Below, piece by piece: positions 1 through 13,010 of a stretch of DNA of 64,000 nt. The translations under genes were made by a program, and so were the position numbers. Source of the stretch: Octopus vulgaris. Its lineage: Eukaryota. Location of the stretch: positions 50,406,001 to 50,470,000 of the forward strand of contig OX597822.1 in assembly GCA_951406725.2 (NCBI GenBank), given 5' to 3'. How positions within the stretch are numbered: position 1 is the first letter of the stretch; every line of letters starts with the position of its first letter. A model generated the notes under the pieces. That model saw only the letters and a list, made by a program, of their open reading frames with translations. It was not told the origin of the DNA and made no database searches.

Positions 1-2278
1 TGTTGGCAACAACACACGTCGAACAGAAATTTTCCTGTCAGTAGTTCAGATATTCCTTTCGTACAGTGGTCTTATTTAGACTCTGCAGGCCATCACACCG
101 CTTTTACACAGACCTGTCTCGCTTTCTTTACCCTCCGTTTCACTATGATCCCTTTTTACCCTGTTTCACCCATCACATTTGGCCTTTCTACTCCTCTTGC
201 TGTAATTGTCGAGTACTAGTCGTCCTTAGCAGACTGCTATAAACAAACTGCTGATGATTTCGTACGTTTCGGCTACACGTAGAGGTTTCTGGGTCTTCTA
301 TCTCTTTTGACTTTCATATTTTTGTTTGAATTTCTAACTCTCTCGCACTCAGATAGTAGCAATGTACCGACTATACTTGGTTTAGTAACGTTGAATTCTT
401 GCATTATTTATGGACATTTTATACGGAGACTGTACAGATATGTAAATCTGGAAGATGTAGGAAAATCCAGCCCCCCACACACACATGTGTTGCACAATCG
501 ATTCCTTATTTCCATCTGATTCGTATACAAGTCATAAAACAAATATGGCCACTGCTGTTTGGCTACAGTGTCATACGAGATGCACCGTACCTTAAGCATC
601 CCAAGTATACTGCTTTTATCGACTGCCATAAGCCAATTGCATAATTGGGTCCTAGTGTAGTTGACATTCACATTGTGATGTAGGGTAGTGCCATAACTCA
701 TCTCAAAGCAGACTCTTAAATGAGATTTCCTTTTGCTATAATTTCATATGTAATGATAGAGACATTTTTTCTAGTAAGCTGAGGGTTTAGATTGTCCAGA
801 AGATAGATTCTTTCAATAAACAGATGTTGTCGTAAGTGGTATTTTTATGACATTTTTCCTCTTCTAGATTGCTTCCCGCCTTGTAGGTTCAAGATTCTTA
901 GAAACATCTGCACGGCTCTGGCGTACCCTGTCTTACTGTTGTTTTCGTATGTCTGATATTTTATTGTGAAGTTTCACGTGTAGGCAACCTCATTTACAGG
1001 AAATGCAAGTGCGACACCAAGAGTTTAACAACTGCCGCTGGTATTTGGAAGTACATCTATATGCCTGCGAAAAAATCTACTCATATTTTTGAGACTGTCT
1101 GTATTTTGTTTCTCTTTTGATTGCTTGTCAGAGCACCTTTTAACGAGAAAGTAATATGTTAATCTTATAGCATTTACAAACTTATAAACATTCTTTCGTA
1201 AATGTATTAGAGAAAAATTTCAAAAAGCTTATGAAGTATTCCTGTATTTTACTTCGCTTGTGACAAAGGGCACTCAACCCAAAGCAGAAATCATATTCCA
1301 TTCTTCAGGACTCTCGTAATGCTGTACTCGTTTTCTAATTTGTGGGCATAAACTTCGGGGCAAAATTAGTTTATTCTTTAACTTTTATGTGTCTTATTCA
1401 TCGTTGTCTCCTCCTGAAATAGTATCGGTGTATCTACCACATCCTTGGTATATTCAATTATCATGACAAGTAAGTGACATAATCTGGCTTATTATTCTAC
1501 ATTCTAATCACTTCCACATTTAACTGGGCATTAACAACAAAGATATTCAAAGCTACCCGTAATTCGACATCGGTTACCGTTGGTGAAATTTGTCCTCCAT
1601 TTTGTTGTAACTTATCTTGGCCGAATAAGTAAAAACATGTAAGACGATTCTGAATCATATTAATCTGTCTCTGGTATAAAATTTTGTCAAACTGATTAGT
1701 TCGCTCCAGTAAATCGTGTAACCTTTTTGCACCATCTATATTTTTGAATTATATTATAAATAAATACACGCATGTATATGTCAAAACGCTGTATGTATAT
1801 AGAATTTATTTCTATGTAACTGATATTCAATAACTGTGGGAGGCTGCATATGCCTAAACATTGTACATTTTGCCTAAATGTGTTAATTTGAAAGAAAATA
1901 AGATAATTCTCTGTCAATATCCGTTTTGTAATATATATTGGAATTCATTTAGCTATGTAAAGATTAGCATTTTATTGTATATGTCAAACCTGGACATGCA
2001 TTCGATGAAATTTTATTATATGGTTCCATGCATGTAATAGTTATTATGAATAAAATTGCAATTTACAGTCTCTTAACGAACATTACATATGTTGATCACT
2101 TATCATGACACTGTTATCTGTTTGGCTATTATACGAATGACATTAAACAACTACATAGCTATGATAGATTTTATAATCATTAACACTGATGCTGGACAGT
2201 AATTGCAAGCATCGATCATAGAGAAACAATAAACTGTTGAATTTAATCAATGATTCGCCTCGCAATACTACATAGATA

Positions 2279-2625
2279 TTTGATTTTGATTTTGATTTTT
2301 CCAGTTTCAACTCATGAGCTGTGGCCATGCTGGGGCACCGCCATTTGGTTTGCTACATGATTTTACCTCACGAATGCTTTTTAGCAACTGCCATTTGGTG
2401 CATGAGAGAGTTCGATGCAGCTGTCCTCATCTGCACCTCCTGCCGTGAAGTTGGTTCACCCGGGACACCTGACAGGAAGAGATCCAGTCCTACTTTAAAG
2501 ACATCCGCATCTACACCATGCAGGTCCCTCAGCTTCTTCGGGAGGATATTGAAGAGCTGTGGGCCTCTGAAGCCCAGGCTATCACAGTATCTTGTCCTAC
2601 ATCTTGATGGCAAATTTGGAGTCCT
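2279..2625 (-). mobile_element. 3' terminal fragment of an APE-type non-LTR retrotransposon (CR1/L2-like), with 3' UTR and (AAAATC)n tail
   Basis: ORF 2368..2613 reads SLGFRGPQLFNILPKKLR...FKVGLDLFLSGVPGEP, resembling the C-terminus of CR1/L2-group ORF2. It is followed on the minus strand by GGCGGTGCCCCAGCATGGCCACAG and short tandem AAAATC repeats. Confidence 0.65.
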
Positions 2626-3052
2626 TACAATATTTATAATGATTCAAAATTTCATGTTGTAATTAAAGGAACGTTAAAATTTGATATTTTCGAGTACAGT
2701 TCATATTTAACTCATTGTAACTGTGTGTCTGCGCAGTGTACATGAATTTCCTGAGTGTGTTTCATATATAATTGTAATTAAAACAGTTATCATATGTTTG
2801 ATATATTTATTTTGCTACGTATATTGGAGGATAACGCATACCAGTGGAAGTTTGATTAGCTCATAATTCATTTATATATACTAGTGAGACCCTTGAATAT
2901 TTCTCGGAATTAATGGTAAACCTATTGGGTTTTTCTGAAAATTTTATCCAAAAAGTCTAAAAGCGTAGCCTGTGTTGTATCTGTGTGTAAAGACAGTCGC
3001 TCATTTGTTACTCATTGGAAAGTGAAAGAAATTCGAATACCATGATTACTCA

Positions 3053-3110
<58 letters not shown>

Positions 3111-3898
3111 TTTAAATACTTTATGCACAATTTTTTACACACCACTCATAAAATAAATATTCAAATTTATTTTTCAGTTTTTCCCATAAGCAACGAAGAA
3201 ATATACCATACATGTGATACAACCTTTGGTTAAATGGCTTATATCTACTACGGAAGTAGTGATAACACTGTGTTAGCCATAGGACTATCAAATCTGTATT
3301 AAGTAAATCATACCCATTTGATGGAATCACCTGCCAGAATAATTGTGCAGTATGTTCTACAAACCCACATATGATTTGCAAAGATTATCTCAGTCATATA
3401 TTGGATAGACGTCTAGGAACATCAAAGTACACCTGGAAAACTACAAAAAAAACAAACAAACATCGTCTTCTATCAGCATGCTATAGACTGTCACAATGCC
3501 TCCTTAGGGAGACTTAGGTTAGACAACTTATCTACACATTCCACTGATGCAATACTGAGACAAGTCACTGAAGTTGTCTGTATACAGGAATAAAAACCCA
3601 CCCTGAACCGTAAATCCGAATAGGGTATCACCCAGATTCCACTCGGGAGTACCCATCAATAATCATTCCTTTTTCTCATTAACATGTAGAAATCCATACA
3701 TGTTGAGATGCATTATATTGAAATACATATATGTAGTTATATATACCCGTATGAGTATATATAGATTAATATATATGTACGTACATGTAGACTAATGCGT
3801 ATTTTTACGTGTATGTGTATGTGTGTCTGTACGTGTGTGTATACGTGTCGCGTGTGTATGAGTGTGCACATGTATGCACGTATGAGTATGTGTAAAGA

Positions 3899-3959
<61 letters not shown>

Positions 3960-3974
3960 TGTACCAAAATAAGT

Positions 3975-4509
3975 TTACGAAAATAAACAAAAGACGAAAG
4001 CAGGTGGTGTACAAACAAACAGATGAATTAGTATACCGCTCAGGAATAGAAAAAGTCTTTTACGTTTCGAGCCTACGCTCTTCTACAGAATGATACACAG
4101 GAAAAAACAAGGAGAGAAACAATGATAGAAAAAAATGTGTGTAGTAGCTAACGATATATCGTGGCGTATATATATATACATATATACATGAGTGAGTGCG
4201 TGTGTCCGTCTCACCACCGCCTAAAGGTGAATGGAAACAATATCATAGATATATATCTGCAAATATAAAAATACCTGTATATACATACAAGGATACACAA
4301 TCATATAAACACGTATACACACTCACACATATACATATAATCTTAAAGTATACATATACACATATAATCTTAAAGTATACGCTTATCCATCTACACATAT
4401 ATATTTCACTATTCTCGTAGGCAACGGTTAAAATTGAAACTTTTTAAAAATTCATTTTTATTTTTTATTTTTTATTTTTATTTTATTACAACGGACATGT
4501 ACATATATA

Positions 4510-4548
<39 letters not shown>

Positions 4549-4594
4549 CATATAATTCATTTTTACTTTTTATTTTTATTTTATTACAACGGAC

Positions 4595-4639
<45 letters not shown>

Positions 4640-5120
4640 TATATATGTATATGTCCATTGTAATAAAATAAAAATATAAAATAAAAAATAAAAATGAATT
4701 TTGAAAAAGTTTCAATTTTAACCGTTGCCTACGAGAATAGTGAAATATATGTGTAGATGGATAAGCGTATACTTTAAGATTATATGTGTATATGTATACT
4801 TTAAGATTATATGTATATGTGTGAGTGTGTATACGTGTTTATATGATTGTGTATCCTTGTATGTATATATAGGTATGTCTATATTTGCAGGTATGTATCT
4901 ATGATATTGTTTCCATTCACCTATATATACGCCATGATAGATCGTTAGCTACTACACACATTTTTTCTCTCATTATTTCTCTCTTTGTTTTCTCCTGTGT
5001 ATCATTCTGTAGAAGAGCGTAGGCTCGAAACGTAAAAGACTTTTTCTATTCCTGAGCGCTATACAAATACATCTGTTTGTTTGTACACCACCTGCTTTCG
5101 TCTTTTGTTTACTTTCGTAA
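3975..5120. repeat. Large fold-back (arms ~550 bp, ~3975-4530 and ~4620-5120) flanked by and centred on (AT)n; outer arms carry a Penelope-type terminal repeat segment
   Basis: AAACAAAAGACGAAAGCAGGTGGTGTACAAAC (~3985) is the reverse complement of GTTTGTACACCACCTGCTTTCGTCTTTTGTTT (~5080). CTATTCTCGTAGGCAACGGTTAAAATTGAAAC mirrors GTTTCAATTTTAACCGTTGCCTACGAGAATAG. Confidence 0.9.
5002..5039 (+). ncRNA. Degenerate minimal type I hammerhead-like motif (mirror copy 4056-4093 on minus strand)
   Basis: TCATT-CTGTAGA-A-GAGC(GTAG)GCTC-GAAAC-GTA-AAAGA: perfect stem II, GAAA, palindromic ACGT stem III and a GUA site. The core has A6->U and stem I has one mismatch. Confidence 0.5.
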
Positions 5121-5412
5121 ACTTTCCCTTTATATATATATATACAACCTTCGACAGTGTAACAGTCGTGTATACTGGAATAAACACACATATCAGTACA
5201 TAAACCTATAGTCACATGTCCATACATATATGCACACACACACACACACACGTATACGTCTATGCGCTTACATACCTAAATACTTACATTCATACATAAG
5301 TACATACATGTACACATGAGTATAGGTATACGCATGTACACAAATGCGTACGCACATATTTACAAGCACATATACATACATATGTACGTACATACATACG
5401 TACTACACACAC

Positions 5413-5439
<27 letters not shown>

Positions 5440-5449
<10 letters not shown>

Positions 5450-5650
5450 CATGCATACATACATACATTAATACATACATTCATACATACATACATACAT
5501 ACATACATACATAGATAAATGCATACATACATACATGCACACATACATACACATACATACATACATATACATACATACATACATACATACATACATACAT
5601 ACATACATACATACATACATACATACATACATACATACATACATACATAC
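5440..5650. repeat. (ACAT)n microsatellite
   Basis: Long run of ACAT units; source of spurious MYVC-repeat ORFs. Confidence 0.95.
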
Positions 5651-6088
5651 GTACATTCATATCATTAACTAATCGTTATTTTTCTCAGTTGCAGTACGGA
5701 ATTTTGGCAGTAAACAGGTAGCGGTCTCAAAGGACGATAATATTCTGGCAAATTAAATTTATATGTTGAAGTGAATCTAACGGCTTTTCGTGTATTTTTA
5801 AATGGCTTATAAACACCTTCCACGCTGAAATATAAATAATAAAATTCAATATAAAATATATATACAAAGTGACACACTGAAAGGAGAAAAAATATATGCG
5901 TTGTCAACAGGCGATACAAAATAATATATATTGATATGCAATCAATCACGAATGGGTGGAATCTTACAGTTTTTTAGGAGATATTTTAAAGAGATATTTA
6001 AGCGGTAATTGGTAGACAAATACAGACACAATGACACATACAGACATATGCATACATACACACACACAAACAAACTCTTTCTCTCTCT

Positions 6089-6133
<45 letters not shown>

Positions 6134-6135
<2 letters not shown>

Positions 6136-6500
6136 TCTTTTACACTTTTACTTGTTTCATTCATTTGACTGCGGCCATGCTGGGGTCGAACAAATCGACC
6201 GCAGGACTTATTCTTTGTAAGCCTAGTAGGTATCCAATCGGTATCTTTGCCGAACCGCTAAGTTACAGGGACGTAAACATAACACCATCGGTTGTCAAGC
6301 AATAATGGAGTGGGGGGGACAAACACAGAGACACAAACATACACACTCATACATGCATATATACATATATACGATGGGCTTTCCGTCTACCAAATCCTCT
6401 CAGAAAGCTTTCATTGGCGCGACACTATGATAGAAGACAATTGCTTAAGGTGCCACGCAGTGGGACTGAATCCGGAACCATGTCATTGGGAAGCAATCTG
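6134..6500 (-). mobile_element. tRNA-derived SINE (cephalopod OK/OR-like family), 5' decayed copy
   Basis: Co-linear with copies at 18092, 28711 and 54044 (CATTTGACTGCGGCCATGCTGG...CCGTCTACCAAATCC...GTGCCACGCAGTGGGACTGAA). Confidence 0.85.
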
Positions 6501-6938
6501 CATGCCATATACACGTACACACATACATACACACAAGCACATATGTATGTATGTGTATATATATATACATATATTATCTTCGTAATTTTTTATTTGAATT
6601 AAATTATGGCTTATACAGTACGGTCCGGGGAACCTATTTTACACATACTTATTTGTTCAAAAAATTAAAATATAGTTCATAGTATCAAACATAGTGTCCT
6701 GATGATTGGGGTTATATTTTAAGAATGGTTCCAGCAAAACACGGCGTGGTTATGGGACTGGGAAATGTACCTCAAGAAAGACGTGTGGTCAAGTTATAAA
6801 GTAGTAAGTATTTAAATTTAAATCCTTTTATATGGTGAGATGAAGAGGCCTACTATCTCTAAATGAAAATATATATTTCCTCATTGAGAATAATTTGAAC
6901 CCCTGTTATGCCGGAATTTTTATTCCCTAACAAATAAA

Positions 6939-6997
<59 letters not shown>

Positions 6998-9279
6998 TAC
7001 ATATATTTACATATATTTACATATATTTACTCATATACGCACTCATACATATATAAGTTTGTGTGTGTGCTTATGTGCTGTGCATTATGATATCGAGGGA
7101 CTTGGAAAATTAATTGTGATAGCAAGTTCCGTATAAATCGCGAGCCAACCTGTCTGCAGGACGGCCACCTGATACAGATCTACAGATCTTGCGTATCGGT
7201 TACACTGGCTTCATATAAGCGCAGTATGAATTTATTGATATTAACGCTATGTAATAATGGGTGATAAACGAATATCATGTCAGTTAAAATATGTTTGTGA
7301 GAGTTCATCTTGTAAAGACAAATTTGCAGAAGAGAAATGATTTTAGCTTATGTTAAAATGTATGTTAAAAACACTATATCTTCTTGCAATCTCCTGTAAG
7401 CGAACGTCCAAGCGCGTTTCTGCTTATTTAGCCTTCCCCAGAAGGAGGCGCCGAAGAGAAACAACTGGAGAAGCTTCGAAAACCGTGCCCTTATCTTAAA
7501 ATTCAATATCGATAACTGAGTTGTGATCACGGACCGCTTGACCGGAATAAATCCACTCGTATCAGCGCTATGCAGTAATGAGCAATAAAAGAACCTTAGG
7601 TTAATTCAAATACATGTTTGACACACCTTAACTGCTAAAAGCATATTTACTGCAGAAACACGTCCGGGAGTCCGTTATGGAGAGGTACTGAGCAGATATC
7701 GCGTTTTTACTCCTTTTAGTATAAGCTAGAAGTTTTCTTTTTACTTTATGATTACTGCAGTAAATTTGCTTTTAGAAGTTATGTTATGTCACCAACATAT
7801 TTTAACTAACCCAAAGTTTGCTTTCAGTGTATTCAAAAATAACATATGTCTAACAACAATGCTTGTAAGACGACTGATCGTATATGGTTTCAATGACGTT
7901 CATAATTTTCCGTTTGTAATGTAAATCTAGTAGTTGTTTCATTAAATAGCAGAAGTCTATATGACATCAAATAGTTTGGTAGTCTTTTACATCCACTTGC
8001 TTCTTTTCAAAATGCAATTATTTGCTGCCACGCACTCTGTTATATTCTCTCTTTTCCACTATTTTGCCGCTCCAACAATATGAAAAGTCTTACTAAAATA
8101 TCTACTCATTTTGTTTCAATCATCTATATTTTTCCCCTAATATTTTCAGAAAAGTGTCTCGTTAATGATATAATACCAGAAAATACACACACACACACGC
8201 ACACATACATGTATAAACATAATATATCGATATGTATATATATATATTTATATATTTACATACATACATATACACACACAAACACTGACAGAGAGACTCA
8301 CATTTATCAAACGGTTGAATAGTAAACACTTCTGTTCTTCAAAGGAAATTAACTCGCCCTCTTATATAAACCTCAATATTTCAGCATAAATGTTGATTTT
8401 CCAAATCAATTTTGAAAGAACATATCTACTCACAAAAGAATCAAGGACAACAAAAATTGGGTGGACATAAATGTTTTTGATTTCTAGGTTTCTGTATCAA
8501 TCTATGGAAACGTTTTCGAAATGTGAATGATGTAGCAGTATAACATTCAAATCATTTGTACGTATTACTAATGTGAACAGCCACTCAGTTACCATGGAGA
8601 AATATTCTTTGAGATTCGCGTTGACATGTTGTAATAGCAATCAATTTATCCAATCTAGATTCCTCTCTTTTATGTAACAATAATAACTAAACCGTCTTTC
8701 TTCTTCTTTCCATTCATTCCACGAATCATGCCTACAGCTGATGTAAATGAACATTTGCAGTATGAATTATAATGGGTAGAGAATTGCTGTCAATATAGAA
8801 AATGAATCAAACCAAATTTTCTCACCCTCTGAAATAAATTGAAACCCAATATTCCAGCATATAATAGGTTTTTGAAAGTTAAATTTTGTAAAGAATATAG
8901 AATTAGCAACTAATTATTTATCTCCTTTTAATGAACTTCACTGACAAAGTTTAAAAGAATAGCTTGGCTAAGTGCTAATTACTGTAATGCGCGGTTGTTT
9001 ACCTAAATCAACGACTTCAGAAAAGTGGCTTCGAATGATATATATTATATACTCCGACGCGTATGTGATTATTTAGCTTTGTTTTCATCGAAATATTGTT
9101 CCATAGTAAGTCGAATACATTTCATTTGACTTGAATTAAGTTGTACTCCCCCCCACACACATGCACACACACGAGAACACGCACATGCGCACACACACGC
9201 ACGCACATAGACGCACACACGTATATGAATATGTTATCTATCCATCTATCTATCAAGCTCTCTATCCTCAGACAAGCAA

Positions 9280-9650
9280 CAGATTATCGTCGCAACTTCG
9301 GCTGATTATTCTTGAGATTGCTCCAATCTGGCCAACCCCAAGAAAAAACTAAGCTAAGCGCATTATATTCCTTGAAAGAAAGCAGCGAATGTATACAAAA
9401 ACAAGGACAGAAAAAACTGACAAATTTACACAAATATAAATACAATAAAAATAATAAAAGGACATAACAACAAGTGTCTTTCGACTAAGGAAGAAATGAA
9501 TTAAGCTGGCGCGTGCGGAATGAAAACTTACGGCAGAGATACAGAAATGTCAAAAGCACAGGGAAGAATATCGATGTTGCACGGACGGTGGTCAGATCAA
9601 GGAACAAAGAACAGGCTAGACTGACAGGCAGTTACGTGGGAAGAGAAGAG
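9280..9650. repeat. Diverged copy of the interspersed repeat found at 21.5-22.0 kb
   Basis: Shares GAGATTGC.CCAAT.TGGCCA.CCC.AG.AAAAACTAAGCTAA and TTCCTTG.AAGAAAGCAGCGAATGTAT...AAAACAAGGAC with 21675-21770. Confidence 0.75.
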
Positions 9651-10073
9651 AGTGGCGCGCGCGTCGTGTGCGTGTCGTATATTTAATATACGTTCGTTTC
9701 TATAATTACTACATGTTTGTTTTCAATACTATACTTAGGTGATATTTTCCGCTTATTGCTTATTGTCTTTTTATTTAATCGTGAATATAAATCCATATAT
9801 GCATTTACATTCATTCATACCCACCCACACACACACACATATATATATAAAGTGAATAATTTTATAGCTTCATTAAACCGAAAGAAAATTCCGTGAAACC
9901 GAAGCGCAAAAATAAAAATAGGACAGCAGGAGGAAGTGCTCAGGTAACACCGAGACGAAGGAAGTGCATATGTGTATGTTTTATAGTGTTGGGCTTCACC
10001 ATTGGGTGCCCTATTCTTTTAATTAATATATTAATATTCGATTTTTAATAATTTGGGAATGATATAAAGTTGT

Positions 10074-10140
<67 letters not shown>

Positions 10141-10463
10141 GTTCAACTTGCAAGATTGCTGAGGTGAAAATGTTTGTTGAAACAGATATTGTTATATTTC
10201 GTGATAGTCATTTGTTCTTTTTTTTTGGGGGGGGGGGCAAATAAACTCATTTATTATTGGCCATATTTTATCGTATATTTAATGTCCAGAAATCTTTCGT
10301 CGAACATCTGTGATCACTTCAGCCGAACATTCCGTTCTCGTGTATTCTCCTTCCATTAGTCCATCTGTCTTCTTATAAACGACTGCAGAATGATTATAAA
10401 ATGCGCGTACTTATTTGTGATAAAAAACATCTCGAAATATAATAACATATATATATGTGTGTG

Positions 10464-10499
<36 letters not shown>

Positions 10500-10501
<2 letters not shown>

Positions 10502-10583
10502 ACATATTTACAGATAAAGTCTTCTATTTACATAATATCGAGGTCTCTTTTATTCTTGTGGTTTCTTACCATTTTTATCGATA

Positions 10584-10614
<31 letters not shown>

Positions 10615-10700
10615 CTGTAAACTATTTACAGACAAATTCCTCTATTTACATAATATCGGCGGCTCTTTTATTCTTTTGTAGTCTTACCACTTTTATCAAT
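10500..10700 (+). mobile_element. Two tandem ~80-bp solo copies of the Penelope element's extreme 3' end, separated by (AT)n
   Basis: AGATAAAGTCTTCTATTTACATAATATCGAGGTCTCTTT...CTTACCATTTTTATCGATA (~10512) and a second copy (~10629) match 50932-51003. Confidence 0.8.
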
Positions 10701-10723
10701 ACACACGCACACACACACATATA

Positions 10724-10772
<49 letters not shown>

Positions 10773-10825
10773 AGTTTAGCACACAAATTTGGACAGAATT
10801 ATCATTTTTATAAGAATAGAATGTA

Positions 10826-11185
10826 TCATATCTGAAAGCAGTTCCAGGTATTGTGAAGAATGAATTTGTACGTGGTGTTTCTGACAGCTATTCTATTGGA
10901 TCTCTGTGTAATCCGGTGCGCTAAACGTTGTTTTAATGATTCGGCATTAAGCGTTGAAGTGTGCTCTCTGATTTCCCTTCTCTCTTGAGACTGTGTTTGA
11001 CGTGTTGCAGCATGCGTTTGATGATCTTTGGAAAGTGTCCTGTCCCTCTTGTATTGCGACTCCATCTCACTTGCTGCAGCATGCCGTTGCTGATGTTGAG
11101 GGGGCCTCATGTCCCTTCGGTTTTCTGCACTTCCACTTGCTTTATAGGTGTTTCTGCAGAGATTACGTTCTTTCTTTGGTGGCAT
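10826..11185 (-). pseudogene. Probable decayed N-terminal region of a Helitron Rep/helicase ORF
   Basis: MPPKKERNLCRNTYKA followed by two repeats of the Q..HAAA/R..ES/Q..R..R type, resembling the basic start and charged helical repeats of animal Helitron N-termini. No Rep or helicase domain is visible. Confidence 0.4.
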
Positions 11186-12230
11186 ATTTTTTCAATATTT
11201 TTAGCAAGCAATTATGAGCATAGAAAAAATACGCATTAATCTTCTATTTTTGTATGCCGTGCATGCAGTACGTCTATATTTTTGCATGCAGTGTAAATTA
11301 ACTAAATATAACCAAATTGTAAATACCTTGCAATCTTGCAAATGCTAGGATAATTACGAACCGTTAATTGAATGGTTGATGTGTATTTTTATATATGTTG
11401 GACCTTGCACGTAATTGCTTTTGTCAAGATTTTAACCTCCAGCCACTCTCGTCACATATGTATATGTATGTGCATATGTATGTGTGTGTTTAATAACGTA
11501 CGTAACGTGCGCACAAACACACACACACATTCACAGACTCATACACATTCATATACAAGATGTGACGATTCTCATACGTACACTCTCATATACCGTTACA
11601 TACATATGGTAAGAGAGACATATACAGACATGCATTCACGCATGTCAGTCACCACATGTATATATCTATGTGTAGATGCGTATATATTTAATAACGTGCG
11701 AAACACGGAAACACACACACAGTTATAGAGACCTACACACTCATAAACCCACACAATTCATTTTGAGACGCATACACACTCATATAGGTGACGTCATCGT
11801 TGTCGTGGTATAACATATTCTTTACTATCTCGTAGGTATTGAATGCGCAAACAAACACACATAAAGTGAAACATTATTATAGTCTTATAACATTATAATT
11901 AAAAGTGAAACAATATTATATCACAGAAGCAAATCAATTTGTAGACAGAAATTACAAACCTCATTTCAGCGTATAAGGCTTTATAAGAAAATAGGTTAAG
12001 TGAAAGAACTTGAGCCACTTTAGGATATCATTTTCTAACTCATGAACGCTCAGTGGCGTTCTTGAATTCTCTTTGGTTAGTAATGAAGGCTTATTGGCTG
12101 TATCACAACGGTTTTTGATAGAGGGAGAAATGTAAATAGTGTATTTAAATAGTCTGAGTGCGGAAAATTTTAAATAAGTAATGTTGTGGAGAAAACGTAC
12201 CGATAGCGTGAAGACAAAGAGATTTACACA

Positions 12231-12312
<82 letters not shown>

Positions 12313-12409
12313 TGAGTGAAAGGAACTAATATAGACTTAACGAGAGAAAGTGTTGCAGAAGGTGTTAATGAGAAAGAGAATAGAGAAATGAAGAGAGAGC
12401 GAAAAGGAA

Positions 12410-12686
12410 GAACATCGTTTGAAAACTGCAGACGTAAAAGTGAGAAAGTCGGTTGAAAACTGCAGTTTCTTTACAAAAAAAAAACTGTGAAAAATCCGGT
12501 CGGTTTCTCACATTACGTGGGGGCTCTGGGCAAAATATTATACTCCATGACCATCTTTCTTCCATGGATGTTCATGGAGTATAACATTCTGCCCAGAGCT
12601 CCAGCGTTTAGAATTTGGTGAAAATCGGTTGAAAACTGTAGAAATGCATACGTACTACATACATCCTTTGTTTTATAAATATAGAT
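12410..12686 (+). mobile_element. Non-autonomous Helitron/Helentron-like (HINE/DINE-1-like) element with internal 31-bp hairpin
   Basis: GGTTGAAAACTG(C/T)AG occurs three times; ends ...AATTTGGTGAAAATCGGTTG...ACATACAT...TTTTATAAATATAGAT; inverted arms at 12520-12550 and 12572-12602. Confidence 0.45.
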
Positions 12687-12769
12687 ACACAGGCATAATG
12701 TGGGTATTAAAGAGGTTCATTTTTGTCAACATGCAGTTCGTGTCCATTATCACAGCGTAGCGCTTTGGA

Positions 12770-13010
12770 GTAGTGTTTTATGCCATAAGGCGGATCTGAT
12801 AAATTCTTGTGATTGAATTTGGTAGACGGAAACCGTGGCAGCCCGTCGTATTTGTATTTATAAATATATGCATGTGTGTGTCTGTGCGTGCGTCTGTTTG
12901 TGTGTGTGTGTTGTACTTGCGTGCATGCGAATTTGCTTGTGTCTGTGTTTGTCTCTTCTGCCGCTTGCTAAACTGGTGCTGGTTTGTTTATACCCAAATA
13001 ACTTGGTATC
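12770..13010 (+). mobile_element. Decayed SINE fragment (same superfamily as 18092)
   Basis: TGAATTTGGTAGACGGAAACCGTGGCAGCCCGTCGTA followed by a (TG)n spacer. Confidence 0.65.

Noticed and set aside
240-300. CTGATGA on plus and GAAACGTA on minus near the window start
   Set aside because: The two core halves are on opposite strands, so no consistent fold is possible.
7370-7700. Slightly CpG-richer island as a possible host exon or promoter
   Set aside because: No convincing ORF, splice pair or promoter motif identifiable by eye.
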